From an uncultured SAR86 cluster bacterium (lineage in GTDB: Bacteria; Pseudomonadota; Gammaproteobacteria; Magnimaribacterales; D2472): DNA of 64,000 nt. This document shows, in pieces, positions 19,589 through 32,524 of this stretch (positions are counted from its first letter, which is position 1; every line of letters starts with the position of its first letter). The translations under genes were made by a program, and so were the position numbers. Under the pieces are notes generated by a model that did not search any database, had not been told where the DNA came from, and saw only the letters and a list, made by a program, of their open reading frames with translations. The DNA is taken from NCBI GenBank assembly GCA_902596165.1, contig CACJSU010000004.1, positions 35,864 through 99,863 on the forward strand. The letters are read 5' to 3'.

Positions 19589-21848
19589 ATCTTAAAATCT
19601 CTTCGAGCATAATTCTTCCATTATATCCAGTGGGCAATACCCGCCCTCTTTTTGCTCGCGAAGAAATATATTCCTCTAGATCTTTTAAAGCCCAGGTTTT
19701 ACCACCAGTCTTCCCCTCATGGTGAATATGAAGTTTACTATCTTCTGCTAAACAGCAGACATCCATCATGAATTCAGATTTTTCTTTAAAGGATTTGGTT
19801 GAAATACTAATTAATTTATTGCCCTTGCCCTTAGGTAGCACTGGTAATTCATCTATAGGAAAAATTAACATCTTGTTACTCACCTTTCCTTTGTTATCCT
19901 GCGAAGAGAAGGTTGCAGCAACAAATTTATGATTTTCATTAATAGCGACTGGAGAGATAACACTAGCTCCATCGGGTGTTTTCATGAATTGTTTGCCTTT
20001 TTTTTGATTTGAGAATGCATTAGCGAGATTGCTTATAAAACCAAATCCTGCTGAATTTGAAATTAATATTTGAGATTCTTCAGATCCAATTGCGACACCT
20101 TCAAATGTAACACCTGATTCAGCCACAACTCTTCCAGTTAAGGGCTCTCCCATTCCTCTTGCGGATGGCAAAGAATGTGCCGGTAATGAGAAAGCTTTGC
20201 CGCCTGAATCAAAAAAAACAGCAGTCTGATTATTTCTCCCTTGCGCAAAATGTTGAAGCATGTCATCCCCTCTATAAGCAAGAGTTCTTGGATCAATATC
20301 ATGGCCTTTAGCTGACCTTATCCAGCCAGCCTTGGAAAGAATTATGGTGACTGCTTCTGACGTAACAACTTCTTCTTCAGAGAATGCCTTAGCTTCTGAA
20401 GTTGATTCAATTGGAGAGCTTCTCTCATCTCCAAAGTTTTCTTTGATTTCTTTGAGTTCATTTTTAATATAAGTTTTTAACCTGGCTTTCGATTTGATAA
20501 TTTTTTCTAGTTCAGATCTTTCGGCTTCCAGCCCATCTTTTTCTTCTTCAAGTTTTATTTGTTCCAACTTAGCTAACTGCCTTAAACGAATTTCTAAAAT
20601 CGCATTTGTTTGTATCTCAGAAATCTTAAAGGCTTTCATTAGTTCTTTCTTGGGATCATCGCTATTTCTTATAATATGAATGACTTTATCTAAGTCTAGA
20701 TAAACAATTAATAAGCCTTCCAAAATATGAATTCTGTCATGAACTTGATCCAATCTATGCTCAAGTTTGCGCATCACAGTTTGCTGTCTAAATTTAAGCC
20801 ACTCAGAAATTAAATCTTTGAGGGAAAATACTCTTGGAGATCCTTTCAAGCTAATTAAATTCATGTTAGCTCGATAGTTTTTCTGCAAATCAGTGGTCGC
20901 AAAAAGATGATTCATGACTTCAGTTGGATCTATGCGGTTAGACTTTAAAGATATAACCAGCCTGACAGGTTCTTTATGGTCTCCCTCATCCCGCAAATCA
21001 ACAATCATTGGAAGTTTTTTCTTTTGCATTTGATCGGCAATTTGTTCAAGAATTTTTGATCCAGAAGCTTGATGAGGTAATGCCCTTACAACAATGTCAT
21101 TCCCCTCTGAATCCCAATGAGCCCTAATTTTAAATCCACCTCTTCCAGTTTCATAAATCTCTACAAGTTCTTCAGGAGAAACAATTATTGGTGCTGGATT
21201 TGAAAAATCTGGACCTTTAATAAACTTTAATAAGTCTTTTGTAGCTGCCTTTGGATTATCTAAAACATGTATACATGCATCCAAAACTTCATTTATGTTA
21301 TGCGATGGAATGTCAGTTGCCATGCCAACAGCAATACCTGTTGTTCCATTTAGAAGAATGCTAGGTATCTTTGCAGGCAAAATTGTTGGCTCAAGCAGGG
21401 AGCCATCAAAATTAGGTTGCCAATCAACTGTCCCTAGCTTTAATTCAGAAAGAAGTAAATCAGCGAATCCAGTTAATTTTGATTCTGTATAGCGCATTGC
21501 AGCAAATGACTTAGGATCATCTTGAGTGCCCCAATTCCCTTGACCATCTACAAGTGGGTATCGAAATGAAAAGTTTTGCGCCATGAGAACCATAGCTTCA
21601 TATGCTGCGCTATCGCCATGAGGATGGAATTTGCCAATTACATCTCCAACAGTTCTAGCAGATTTTTTATACTTTGAGCTGGCATTTAAACCTAGCTCAC
21701 TCATTGCATAGAGAATTCTCCTTTGAACTGGTTTCATGCCATCTCCAATATGAGGGAGTGCGCGATCTAAGATGACATACATTGAGTAGTTGAGGTAAGA
21801 CTCCTCGGCATATTCCTTCAGGCTTATAGAGCTAAGATTCTTATTCAT
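19566..21848 (-). CDS. parC: DNA topoisomerase IV subunit A
   Basis: [39 protein letters not shown]. Confidence 0.97.
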   Translation of the reverse strand: MNKNLSSISLKEYAEESYLNYSMYVILDRALPHIGDGMKPVQRRILYAMSELGLNASSKYKKSARTVGDVIGKFHPHGDSAAYEAMVLMAQNFSFRYPLVDGQGNWGTQDDPKSFAAMRYTESKLTGFADLLLSELKLGTVDWQPNFDGSLLEPTILPAKIPSILLNGTTGIAVGMATDIPSHNINEVLDACIHVLDNPKAATKDLLKFIKGPDFSNPAPIIVSPEELVEIYETGRGGFKIRAHWDSEGNDIVVRALPHQASGSKILEQIADQMQKKKLPMIVDLRDEGDHKEPVRLVISLKSNRIDPTEVMNHLFATTDLQKNYRANMNLISLKGSPRVFSLKDLISEWLKFRQQTVMRKLEHRLDQVHDRIHILEGLLIVYLDLDKVIHIIRNSDDPKKELMKAFKISEIQTNAILEIRLRQLAKLEQIKLEEEKDGLEAERSELEKIIKSKARLKTYIKNELKEIKENFGDERSSPIESTSEAKAFSEEEVVTSEAVTIILSKAGWIRSAKGHDIDPRTLAYRGDDMLQHFAQGRNNQTAVFFDSGGKAFSLPAHSLPSARGMGEPLTGRVVAESGVTFEGVAIGSEESQILISNSAGFGFISNLANAFSNQKKGKQFMKTPDGASVISPVAINENHKFVAATFSSQDNKGKVSNKMLIFPIDELPVLPKGKGNKLISISTKSFKEKSEFMMDVCCLAEDSKLHIHHEGKTGGKTWALKDLEEYISSRAKRGRVLPTGYNGRIMLEEILRSSESVPE

Positions 21849-21850
21849 GA

Positions 21851-23740
21851 TTAAACTGTTACTATTTTCCCTCGTTTCTCAAGCCACTCTTTTCTTGCCC
21901 CAGCATTTTTCTTAGAAAGCAAAAGATCCATCATACTATTAACATTGTCAGTGGAGGTGATGGTGAGCTGAACCAATCTTCTTGTTTTAGGATCCATTAC
22001 TGTTTCACGTAGTTGAGAAGGATTCATTTCACCCAGGCCTTTAAATCTTTGAATATCTATTTTGGGTTTTCCTGGCTTTGACTTAAGTTTTTTAACCAAT
22101 GAATCCTTTTCATCTTCATCAAGTGCATAAAATACCTCTTTTGCACAATCTATTCTAAATAGTGGAGGCATGGCTACAAAAATATGGCCAGCCTGAATTA
22201 ATGGCTTATAGTGTCGAAGAAATAGAGCACATAACAATGTTGCAATATGAAGGCCATCTGAATCAGCATCAGCTAAAATACAAATTTTGCCATATCTCAA
22301 AGATTCAATATCTGGGCTTCCTGGATTAACTCCGATCGCTGTAGAAATATCCTTTATTTCTGCAGATTTCATAATTTCAGCGCTCTCTAAATCCCAAGTA
22401 TTCAAAATTTTTCCCCTAAGGGGCATAATTGCTTGAAATTTTCTTTCCCTAGATTGCTTGGCAGAACCTCCAGCAGAGTCTCCTTCAACAAAAAATAACT
22501 CCGTCTCATTTAGATCAGTGCTATTACAATCTGAGAGCTTTCCAGGAAGTGCAGGACCTTGAAATGTTTTCTTTCTATCAACTACTTTCGTTTCTTTTGT
22601 TCTTGCTTGGGCAGATGCAATAGCCAATTCAGCTAATTTTTCTCCTTCTTCTGTATGTTGGTTAAACCATATGCTCAGAATGTCTTTAGTCGTTGAGTTC
22701 ACAAAAGCCTGATGATCTTTTGAATCTAATCTCTCCTTTGTTTGTCCTGCAAATTGAGGGTTAGTTAACTTTGAAGAAATAATAAAAGTGCTGTGTTGCA
22801 CAACATCATCAGCAGTGATTTTTAAGCCTTTGGGAATTAAATTTCTGAACTCACAAAACTCTTTAACTGACTCTAATAAACCCGCTTTGAAACCATTCAT
22901 ATGAGATCCGCCCTGAGTGGTTGGGATAAGATTGACATAAGATTCATTCATAAGATTTTTTGCTGGCTTTGTAGACCAATTCAAAACAAAATCAAGAGCA
23001 TTATCATCAGCTAGTTTGCTACAAGAAATTGATTCTTCGAGAAGTAACTCAATATCATCAGAAGATTCAGATAAATATGAGATTAGCCCATTTTCATAAT
23101 TCCAGGGAATCTTCTCATTCTTCTTCTCATCATAATATTCAATAGTTAGTCCAGGGCATAAAACGGCTTTTGCTTTCAGAAGATGCTTCAAATTACTTTT
23201 ATCAATATTAACTGTCTCAAAATATTGTGGATCCGGAACAAAACTTATTGAGGTTCCTGTATTTCTAGGGCCTATATCTCCAACCTTTTTTAGGTCAGAA
23301 GTTTTTTCACCTCCCTCAAATTTCATTTCAAACTTATGACTATCTCTTTTAATTTCTACAGATAGATTTTGCGAAAGAGCGTTTACTACAGAGACCCCTA
23401 CACCATGCAAGCCTCCAGAAAAATTGTAATCTTCGCCTGAAAATTTTGCTCCAGCATGCAGCTTGCACATTATCAACTCTACCCCAGAAACCTTATGCTC
23501 AGGATGAATATCTACCGGCATACCGCGCCCATCATCTATGACAGAAACAGTCCCTTCTTTGTGAAGTGTAACTTTGATCTTTGAACAGTGGCCTGCTAGA
23601 GCCTCATCAATTGAATTATCAAGAACTTCTTGGATAAGATGATTTGGGCAAGAGGTGTCAGTATACATACCCGGTCTTTTTCGGACCGGATCTAAGCCTG
23701 ATAGAACCTCTATCGACTCTGAATCATAATTTTTAGCCAA
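21851..23740 (-). CDS. parE: DNA topoisomerase IV subunit B
   Basis: [37 protein letters not shown]; 629 aa upstream of parC. Confidence 0.97.
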   Translation of the reverse strand: MAKNYDSESIEVLSGLDPVRKRPGMYTDTSCPNHLIQEVLDNSIDEALAGHCSKIKVTLHKEGTVSVIDDGRGMPVDIHPEHKVSGVELIMCKLHAGAKFSGEDYNFSGGLHGVGVSVVNALSQNLSVEIKRDSHKFEMKFEGGEKTSDLKKVGDIGPRNTGTSISFVPDPQYFETVNIDKSNLKHLLKAKAVLCPGLTIEYYDEKKNEKIPWNYENGLISYLSESSDDIELLLEESISCSKLADDNALDFVLNWSTKPAKNLMNESYVNLIPTTQGGSHMNGFKAGLLESVKEFCEFRNLIPKGLKITADDVVQHSTFIISSKLTNPQFAGQTKERLDSKDHQAFVNSTTKDILSIWFNQHTEEGEKLAELAIASAQARTKETKVVDRKKTFQGPALPGKLSDCNSTDLNETELFFVEGDSAGGSAKQSRERKFQAIMPLRGKILNTWDLESAEIMKSAEIKDISTAIGVNPGSPDIESLRYGKICILADADSDGLHIATLLCALFLRHYKPLIQAGHIFVAMPPLFRIDCAKEVFYALDEDEKDSLVKKLKSKPGKPKIDIQRFKGLGEMNPSQLRETVMDPKTRRLVQLTITSTDNVNSMMDLLLSKKNAGARKEWLEKRGKIVTV

Positions 23741-23883
23741 TTATTATTTCCTAATACTAATGAACTTTTAACTAGTATTCTACTCTAACTAATTTGAAAG
23801 CAAGCTATTAATTTAATAGATTTTAGGAGATTTTTTTACAATAGACTAAAATAAAATAAACAGCATTTAAGTGTAAAGTGAAC

Positions 23884-23930
23884 TTGACATTGCGACCCCA
23901 AAAGGGTTTTAATGTGTGCACTGTAAACAT
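23884..23930 (+). promoter_or_regulatory. Sigma70-type promoter of tolC (TTGACA-N18-TTTAAT) with overlapping operator-like palindrome ATGTGTGCACTGTAAACAT
   Basis: TTGACA 23884-23889, TTTAAT 23908-23913, palindrome 23912-23930; outer arms TTTTAATGT/ACATTAAAA. Confidence 0.6.
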
Positions 23931-23941
23931 TAAAATTTAAT

Positions 23942-25273
23942 ATGAACAAAAAAATTCTAGTCATACCTATACTTGCTTTTAGCATTCACTCAACTGCAGA
24001 CAGCTTAATAGATATCTATAATGATGCTTTGGAAAATGATCCTCAATATAAAGCGGCAGAATTTTCATATTTATCAGGCAAGGAAATTAAGGTGCAGGGT
24101 CGCGCCAGCCTTCTTCCCAATATTTCTATCAATGCACAAACTAATTGGAATGAATATTACCAAAACGGCAATCTGCAGAACGAGTACAATAATTTCAGTT
24201 CATCCGCAAGATTAACCCAGCCACTAATTCGACTTGATTCATGGTTCAAATACAGACAATCAAAATTTTTGACTGATGCTGCAGAAGCTGATTTCGCATA
24301 TTCCCAACAAGCATTAATCGTTAGAACTGCTGAACTTTATTTTAATGTCTTGCGAGCTATAGATAACTTAAGCGCAGCTCGATCAGAAGAAAAAGCCATA
24401 AAAAAACAATTAGATCAGATTAGGCAAAGATATGAAGTTGGACTTTCGGCTGTAACGGAAGTGCAAGAAGCACAGTTAGCTTTTGATCTAAGTCTTGCTT
24501 CAAGAACTAGGGTTGAGGGAGAGGTTTATACAGCCAAAGAATCATTGAATGCATTAGTCGGCAGAGAAATTATTTCTCTTGATGGATTGGTTAATGACCT
24601 CAATGTCACAAATCCTGTACCAGCTTCTAAAGAAGAATGGGCAAGAAAAGCTGTAGAAAATAATTTTAGACTTAAGGCTGCAACTCTTAGAAAGTTTGCA
24701 TCTAAAAATAATGCTCGAAGCGTAGCATCTAATCATTTACCAAAAGTTGATATTGTTGGAGTTCAAAGTGAATCAGAAACAAATCAATATTCTTTTGATG
24801 GGCTAAATACTGGCGGGGCTTTTAATATTACAGTTCCAGATGAAACTCAACGAGATACATACAGCTTGCAACTCTCAATGCCAATTTTTCAAGGTGGAGC
24901 AGTGATTTCAAGAACAAAGCAAGCATACGCAGAGTCTAATAAATCCTCAGAAGATGCTTTATTTACAGAAAGAAGTGTTATTCAAGATGTACGAAGTCAA
25001 TATTCAAATGTGGTTACGCTTGTTGCAAATCTTCGGGCGCAAAAACAAGCTGTTGTTTCAGCCTCTAGTGCGCTTGAAGCTACAAAAGTAGGATATGAAG
25101 TTGGAACTAGAAATATAGTAGATTTACTACAAGCTGAAAAAAATCTCTATAGCGCAGAAAGAAATCTCTCTAATGCAAAATATGACTACCTAATTACAAC
25201 CCTCCGTTTGCATTTAGCAGCCGGAACTCTAAGTCCTGAAAATCTTATCGAAATAAATAATTTACTCGGTTAG
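23942..25273 (+). CDS. tolC: TolC outer-membrane channel
   Basis: Signal peptide, two OEP repeats, GYEVGTRNIVDLL. Confidence 0.93.
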   Translation: MNKKILVIPILAFSIHSTADSLIDIYNDALENDPQYKAAEFSYLSGKEIKVQGRASLLPNISINAQTNWNEYYQNGNLQNEYNNFSSSARLTQPLIRLDSWFKYRQSKFLTDAAEADFAYSQQALIVRTAELYFNVLRAIDNLSAARSEEKAIKKQLDQIRQRYEVGLSAVTEVQEAQLAFDLSLASRTRVEGEVYTAKESLNALVGREIISLDGLVNDLNVTNPVPASKEEWARKAVENNFRLKAATLRKFASKNNARSVASNHLPKVDIVGVQSESETNQYSFDGLNTGGAFNITVPDETQRDTYSLQLSMPIFQGGAVISRTKQAYAESNKSSEDALFTERSVIQDVRSQYSNVVTLVANLRAQKQAVVSASSALEATKVGYEVGTRNIVDLLQAEKNLYSAERNLSNAKYDYLITTLRLHLAAGTLSPENLIEINNLLG

Positions 25274-25276
25274 AGC

Positions 25277-26089
25277 ATGCCAGAATTGCCAGAGGTTGAA
25301 ACTTCCGTCCAAGCAATTCAAGAGTTTACAAATCAAAACCTAGAGTCCATAAAAATACATAATCCAAATTTACGATGGAAAGTAGATATTGCTACTTTTA
25401 AAAAGCTACACGGATTAAAAGTTAGTAAAATTAACAGGAGAGCAAAATATATTCTCCTCCACATCGAGCAATCACAAATACTTGTTCATCTAGGGATGAC
25501 GGGAACACTCAGAATTGCTGAGAAAAATTCTAATTTTTATAAAAAACATGACCATGTTGAGTTTATTTTTCAAAATAGAAAATTAATTTTTAATGATCCA
25601 AGAAGGTTTGGATCAATGCATCACATCAAAGAACCCGGTACTCACTTTTTATTAGAAAACCTTGGTCCAGAGCCTCTTTCACAGGAATTTAATGGTGAGT
25701 ACCTATTCCATAAAATTAAGAAATCCATATCGCCAATAAAAAATGCTCTCATGAATCAACAAAATGTTGTTGGCATAGGGAATATTTATGCAAATGAAAT
25801 ATTATTTGATGCTAGCATTCGGCCTACAAGAAAAAGCAAAACATTAAAGAAAAAAGAATATGAGGAGATTGCTTCATCTACAAAAAAAATCTTAAAACGA
25901 GCAATTAAAGCAGGAGGAACAACCCTTCAAGACTTTTATCAGCCGGATGGAAATAAAGGCTATTTCAAAATAGATCTCAATGTTTATGATCGTGAAAATC
26001 AAAAATGCAAAAAATGCAAAGAAGAGTTAATTAAGAGGATCGTTCAGTCACAAAGAGCAACATTTTACTGTCGCCAATGTCAGATTTAG
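25277..26089 (+). CDS. mutM: Formamidopyrimidine-DNA glycosylase
   Basis: MPELPEVE, HLGMTG, DPRRFG, GIGNIYA, C-terminal CxxC…CxxC zinc finger. Confidence 0.97.
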   Translation: MPELPEVETSVQAIQEFTNQNLESIKIHNPNLRWKVDIATFKKLHGLKVSKINRRAKYILLHIEQSQILVHLGMTGTLRIAEKNSNFYKKHDHVEFIFQNRKLIFNDPRRFGSMHHIKEPGTHFLLENLGPEPLSQEFNGEYLFHKIKKSISPIKNALMNQQNVVGIGNIYANEILFDASIRPTRKSKTLKKKEYEEIASSTKKILKRAIKAGGTTLQDFYQPDGNKGYFKIDLNVYDRENQKCKKCKEELIKRIVQSQRATFYCRQCQI

Positions 26090-26568
26090 CCAGCAATCTT
26101 TTTTTGTAAAGCAGCTCTAACGTTTGGTGAAACAAAACGAGAAACATCTCCACCAAAAGTAGCAATTTCTTTTACAAGGCTGGAAGAAACATAAATTAAT
26201 GTATCCTTGGGGGTAAAGAAAATACTCTCAATATCCGGCGCAAGACTTCTATTCATAGTCGCTAATTGAAATTCATATTCAAAATCGGCAACCGCTCTTA
26301 ACCCTCTAATTATTGCAATTGCATCATTTTCCCTTGCTAAATCAACTGTTAATTTTTTTGCATAACCTAAAACTTCTATTTTAGGGTTATCTTTAAAAAT
26401 CTCAGCAATCAAGTCTATTCTTTCATCAACACTAAATAGAGGGTTTTTGGATTGGCTTTCAGCCACACCTAAAATAACCTTATCAAATAAAGCTGCCGCT
26501 CTATCAACAATATCAATATGCCCAAAAGTAATTGGATCAAAAGATCCAGGATATATGGCTGTTTTCAT
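26086..26568 (-). CDS. coaD: Phosphopantetheine adenylyltransferase
   Basis: YPGSFDPITFGH, IRGLRAVADFEYE, VSSSLVKE. Confidence 0.97.
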   Translation of the reverse strand: MKTAIYPGSFDPITFGHIDIVDRAAALFDKVILGVAESQSKNPLFSVDERIDLIAEIFKDNPKIEVLGYAKKLTVDLARENDAIAIIRGLRAVADFEYEFQLATMNRSLAPDIESIFFTPKDTLIYVSSSLVKEIATFGGDVSRFVSPNVRAALQKKIAG

Positions 26569-26634
26569 AATCGAATCATACTAAACATTTCTAATTCATC
26601 AAAATCTTTGGTTGAGTGTGTAAAATAACGGTTA

Positions 26635-26811
26635 ATGAATATTCATAAACATAAGGAATCAAGAGCTATACCAAAAAAAGATGCTAACTTGCCGTCTGCT
26701 GTAGATGATGCTGCTGACGTAATGTCTAAATATCCATACAAGAAAAGAGTCTCAAATCAAAAAAAACATTCTTTCCCGCCAATAGAATATGAAAAACCAC
26801 CTCACTACTAA
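26635..26811 (+). CDS. Small basic hypothetical protein (58 aa), absent from the ORF track
   Basis: Manually translated MNIHKHKESRAIPKKDANLPSAVDDAADVMSKYPYKKRVSNQKKHSFPPIEYEKPPHY*; fills the coaD-katG gap; TAAAAT 8 nt upstream and terminator directly downstream. Confidence 0.55.
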   Translation: MNIHKHKESRAIPKKDANLPSAVDDAADVMSKYPYKKRVSNQKKHSFPPIEYEKPPHY

Positions 26812-26819
26812 ATTTTTAG

Positions 26820-26856
26820 CAAAAAAAAGGGACCTTAAAAAAACTCCCTTTTTTTG
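26820..26856. terminator. Bidirectional rho-independent terminator
   Basis: AAAAAAAGGGA…TCCCTTTTTTT inverted repeat between the convergent small ORF and katG. Confidence 0.75.
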
Positions 26857-26871
26857 TTGAGTTTAGCTCCT

Positions 26872-29064
<2,193 letters not shown>

Positions 29065-29145
29065 TTACAGATTTTATATGTATTGGTAAATATATTAAAA
29101 AAGAATGTTATATTCGATTTTATAAATGTTATAAACTCCAAAATT

Positions 29146-30060
29146 ATGCTGACTCTCAAACAAATTGATTATGCGCTGGCGGTTGCTAAAAACCTGCACT
29201 TTAAAAAAGCAGCTGATGAGTGTTTTATTTCTGCGTCAACAATGAGCAATGCAATCACTGAATTGGAGGCTCATTTGGGTGTAAAGATTTTCGAGAGAAG
29301 CAATAAAAAAGTTATTGTTACTAATCTTGGAAAAGAAATATTAAATCGAGCAAAGAAAATACAATTAGAAGTGCTTAGCATTCATGAACTTGCTCAACAT
29401 AACTCAATAGGGCTGAATCATTCCTTATCAATTGGTATTATCCCAACAATTAGCCCATATTTTCTTCCAATAGTTCTTCCAGAAATTCAGAAAAATTTTC
29501 CAAATTTGACCCTGAAAATCGAAGAGGCTCAATCTGGAATATTGGTAAATAAGATCAAAGATGGAGATTTAGATATGGCAATACTTGCCTTACCCTATGA
29601 ATTAGGCGATCTAAGTTATTTTAAGTTTTGGGAGGAAGATTTTTATTTAATATCTCATAGTCAAAACAAACTTTCAAAAAAAACTGAAATAAAAGCCAAT
29701 GAACTAGAGCAATCAGAACTAATGCTATTAGATGACGGACATTGTTTAAAAGATCATATCTTAGATGCATGTAAAATAACCTCTCATCCACAGCATTCCC
29801 TATCTGCATCTAGTTTAAATACTCTTATTCAACTTGTTAGAGCAAATTTAGGCTCTACTCTAGTTCCTGAAATGGCAATAGAACAACTTATTGGAATTAA
29901 CAATGATTTGTCAATTTCTCACTTAAATGAACCTGGGCCTCATAGAGAAATATGTTTAGTTTCAAGAAGAAATTATTCTGGAATAAAAAATATTAAGCTT
30001 CTTTGTGAGGTCTTTCAGGGCGAGATGAGTAAACATTTTGTTACTAATACATCCAATTGA
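29146..30060 (+). CDS. oxyR: Hydrogen peroxide-sensing LysR regulator OxyR
   Basis: LysR HTH; DGHCLKDHILDAC has the C199/C208-equivalent pair; divergent from katG; start taken at ATG 29146. Confidence 0.92.
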   Translation: MLTLKQIDYALAVAKNLHFKKAADECFISASTMSNAITELEAHLGVKIFERSNKKVIVTNLGKEILNRAKKIQLEVLSIHELAQHNSIGLNHSLSIGIIPTISPYFLPIVLPEIQKNFPNLTLKIEEAQSGILVNKIKDGDLDMAILALPYELGDLSYFKFWEEDFYLISHSQNKLSKKTEIKANELEQSELMLLDDGHCLKDHILDACKITSHPQHSLSASSLNTLIQLVRANLGSTLVPEMAIEQLIGINNDLSISHLNEPGPHREICLVSRRNYSGIKNIKLLCEVFQGEMSKHFVTNTSN

Positions 30061-30098
30061 GAATATAATTAGAATTATATTTCAAATAAATTAACCTA

Positions 30099-31079
30099 AT
30101 GATTATCACTAAAACTCCATTTAGGGTTTCATTTGCTGGCGGTGGAACTGATCTTCATTCGTTCTTTAAAGAGCATGATACTCATGGATGCGTTGTGAGT
30201 TGCTCTATAGATAAATATATATATCAACTAATGAAAAAAAATTTTTTTGATGGAAGTATTATTAAATATAGCAAAGAGGAACGAGTAGCGAGCTCATCTG
30301 AAATTAAACACAAGATTATCAAATATGTATTTGATAAATATGATATAAACAACATTGAATATCACTCGATTGCTGACTTTCCATCTGGCCTAGGTTTAGG
30401 ATCCTCTAGCGCATTTACAGTTGGACTGCTCAGGCTTATTAAAGAATACCAAGGATTAGAAATCGATAATTATGATTTGGCTTATGAAGCCTCAGATATA
30501 GAAATAAACCAAATGAAAGAACCGATAGGAATGCAGGATCAATTTGGGTGTGCGATTGGCGGCATCAAGAAAATTACATTTCACCCAGATAATAAAGTTA
30601 TCGTAAATCAAATTGAATTAAAATCTAATCAAATAGAAATCTTAAAAAATAACCTCATTTTATTTAGGGTTGGTGATTCGAGATCAGCGAGTAAAATTTT
30701 AAAAACTCAAAGCGAGGAAACGAAATACAATAAAGATACTTTTACAAATCTTCTAAAAATGAGAGATTTAGCAGAAGACCTTTCTAGAGAAATAAAAATA
30801 GATGTAGATAGTGTTGGACATTTTTTAAATATTAACTGGGGTCTAAAACGCACTTTAACTGAAGAGATTTCAACAAATCAGATTGATGAAATTTATGAAA
30901 CCGGTATCCAAAATGGCGCTCTAGGAGGTAAACTGCTGGGCGCTGGAAAAGGAGGTTTTATGCTTTTTTATTGCGAAAAGAAATATCAAGAAAAATTGTG
31001 TCAAAAATTTTACAAGCTGCAATCTTTCAAAATTTCAATAGATGAGTTTGGCGCATCTAGTGAAGATAATTTACGGTGA
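30099..31079 (+). CDS. hddA: GHMP kinase, D-glycero-alpha-D-manno-heptose-7-phosphate kinase-like
   Basis: TPFRVSFAGGGTD, PSGLGLGSSSA, GMQDQ, GGKLLGAGKGGF; GmhA/GmhB/HddC context. Confidence 0.85.
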   Translation: MIITKTPFRVSFAGGGTDLHSFFKEHDTHGCVVSCSIDKYIYQLMKKNFFDGSIIKYSKEERVASSSEIKHKIIKYVFDKYDINNIEYHSIADFPSGLGLGSSSAFTVGLLRLIKEYQGLEIDNYDLAYEASDIEINQMKEPIGMQDQFGCAIGGIKKITFHPDNKVIVNQIELKSNQIEILKNNLILFRVGDSRSASKILKTQSEETKYNKDTFTNLLKMRDLAEDLSREIKIDVDSVGHFLNINWGLKRTLTEEISTNQIDEIYETGIQNGALGGKLLGAGKGGFMLFYCEKKYQEKLCQKFYKLQSFKISIDEFGASSEDNLR

Positions 31080-32524
31080 ATACTTTTAAAAATATATATT
31101 TTTTAAGCGTTGCAACATTATTCGTTGTATATATCTTCTTGTACATATCAAACACACTATTAACCGACTCAAGTGCATATCTATATATTGGATCACAAAT
31201 AAATTTAGGAAAGGTGCCTTATTTGGATATGTTTGATCATAAGGGTCCGCTGCTATATTTTGTAAATGCATTCCCCTTTTTCATCGGAGGCTCGTGGAAA
31301 TCAATATATTTAATTGAGGGTTGCTTATTAACAATAGTAACTATTCTTCTTTTCAACATTTTCTCAAAACTTAACTATCAGCAGTATAAATATTTTTTAA
31401 CCTCAATATTTTTGATCTCTTTCTTACTAATTTTTAATGGTGGCAACCTACCAGAAACCTATATTTTTTTAATTTTATCTATTTGTTACTTAGTGGTATT
31501 TTATTTTGTTGAAAATGATCAGATTGACGCAATTAAAAATACCAGTTTAAGGAAAATTTTTTTTTGGCTGGGTTTCGCAATAGGATTAATAGCATTAATT
31601 AAGATTTCAAATATCGCAGGAATTATCTTTTTAACAATCTTTTTTGGTTATCAGAAGAAAGGCGTGGATAATTCATTGCTACTTTTTTCACTAGCAGGCG
31701 CAATGATGCCTATTATTCCAACAATTGCTTGGTTATATTCTAATGGAGCTCTGGATGAATTCATAAATCAATACTTTATATATAACTTTTTTTACATAGA
31801 AGACGAAGTATTACTAATAAGAATTACAAATTTGCTGATCTTAATAGCGAATTTTTTCTTGCTTCCTGTTAATTTTTTATCAATTATCTTGATCGGCATA
31901 GTTGGATTGAAAGAAATTAAAATTAAATCAGATAAGTGGATTTTGGCTTTCTTTTTTGTTCTAGCTATAGACTTCTTAAGTCAAATAATTTCTGGAAAAG
32001 GAATTCAACATTATCTTCTGATAACTATTCCATCATCAATTGTTTTAATTGCAATGCTTATTAAAAATAATATTTTAAAATTTCCTGAAAGGATAAAAAC
32101 TTTTAAATCATTTTTTATAATCATACTTATTTTTTCTTCATATCGAATTACTGAGGATTTATTCAATTTTTCTACATACTCAACAATAAATGAAAATAGA
32201 AAAGAGCAAATAAGATACCTGCTCTCTAATAATAAGCCTTTAGAAAAAATTATTATAGATAGCTCTAATGCATGGCTCTATCTTCAAGCAAATAAAGAAT
32301 CTGCATCAAAGTACTTCACAAATATTGCTCTAAAGAGCAACTTTTTAAATGCAAAAGCCGAACATATTTCAATGATTAATGCTGAAAAACCTCAGATTAT
32401 TGTTTCAAGGTTTTGCCATAAAAATAATCAAGAAAATTGTTATCGAGAGCTAAACAATATTCTAAAAAAGTCCTATACAAAAGATGAGGTTATTGGCGAT
32501 ATGGAATTTTGGCAATTAAACTAA
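31076..32524 (+). CDS. GT-C fold (ArnT/PMT-like) polyprenyl-phosphate-sugar-dependent glycosyltransferase
   Basis: About 11-12 TM segments; first loop DSSAYLYIG…PYLDMFDHKGPLLYF; soluble C-terminal domain. Confidence 0.75.
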   Translation: MNTFKNIYFLSVATLFVVYIFLYISNTLLTDSSAYLYIGSQINLGKVPYLDMFDHKGPLLYFVNAFPFFIGGSWKSIYLIEGCLLTIVTILLFNIFSKLNYQQYKYFLTSIFLISFLLIFNGGNLPETYIFLILSICYLVVFYFVENDQIDAIKNTSLRKIFFWLGFAIGLIALIKISNIAGIIFLTIFFGYQKKGVDNSLLLFSLAGAMMPIIPTIAWLYSNGALDEFINQYFIYNFFYIEDEVLLIRITNLLILIANFFLLPVNFLSIILIGIVGLKEIKIKSDKWILAFFFVLAIDFLSQIISGKGIQHYLLITIPSSIVLIAMLIKNNILKFPERIKTFKSFFIIILIFSSYRITEDLFNFSTYSTINENRKEQIRYLLSNNKPLEKIIIDSSNAWLYLQANKESASKYFTNIALKSNFLNAKAEHISMINAEKPQIIVSRFCHKNNQENCYRELNNILKKSYTKDEVIGDMEFWQLN

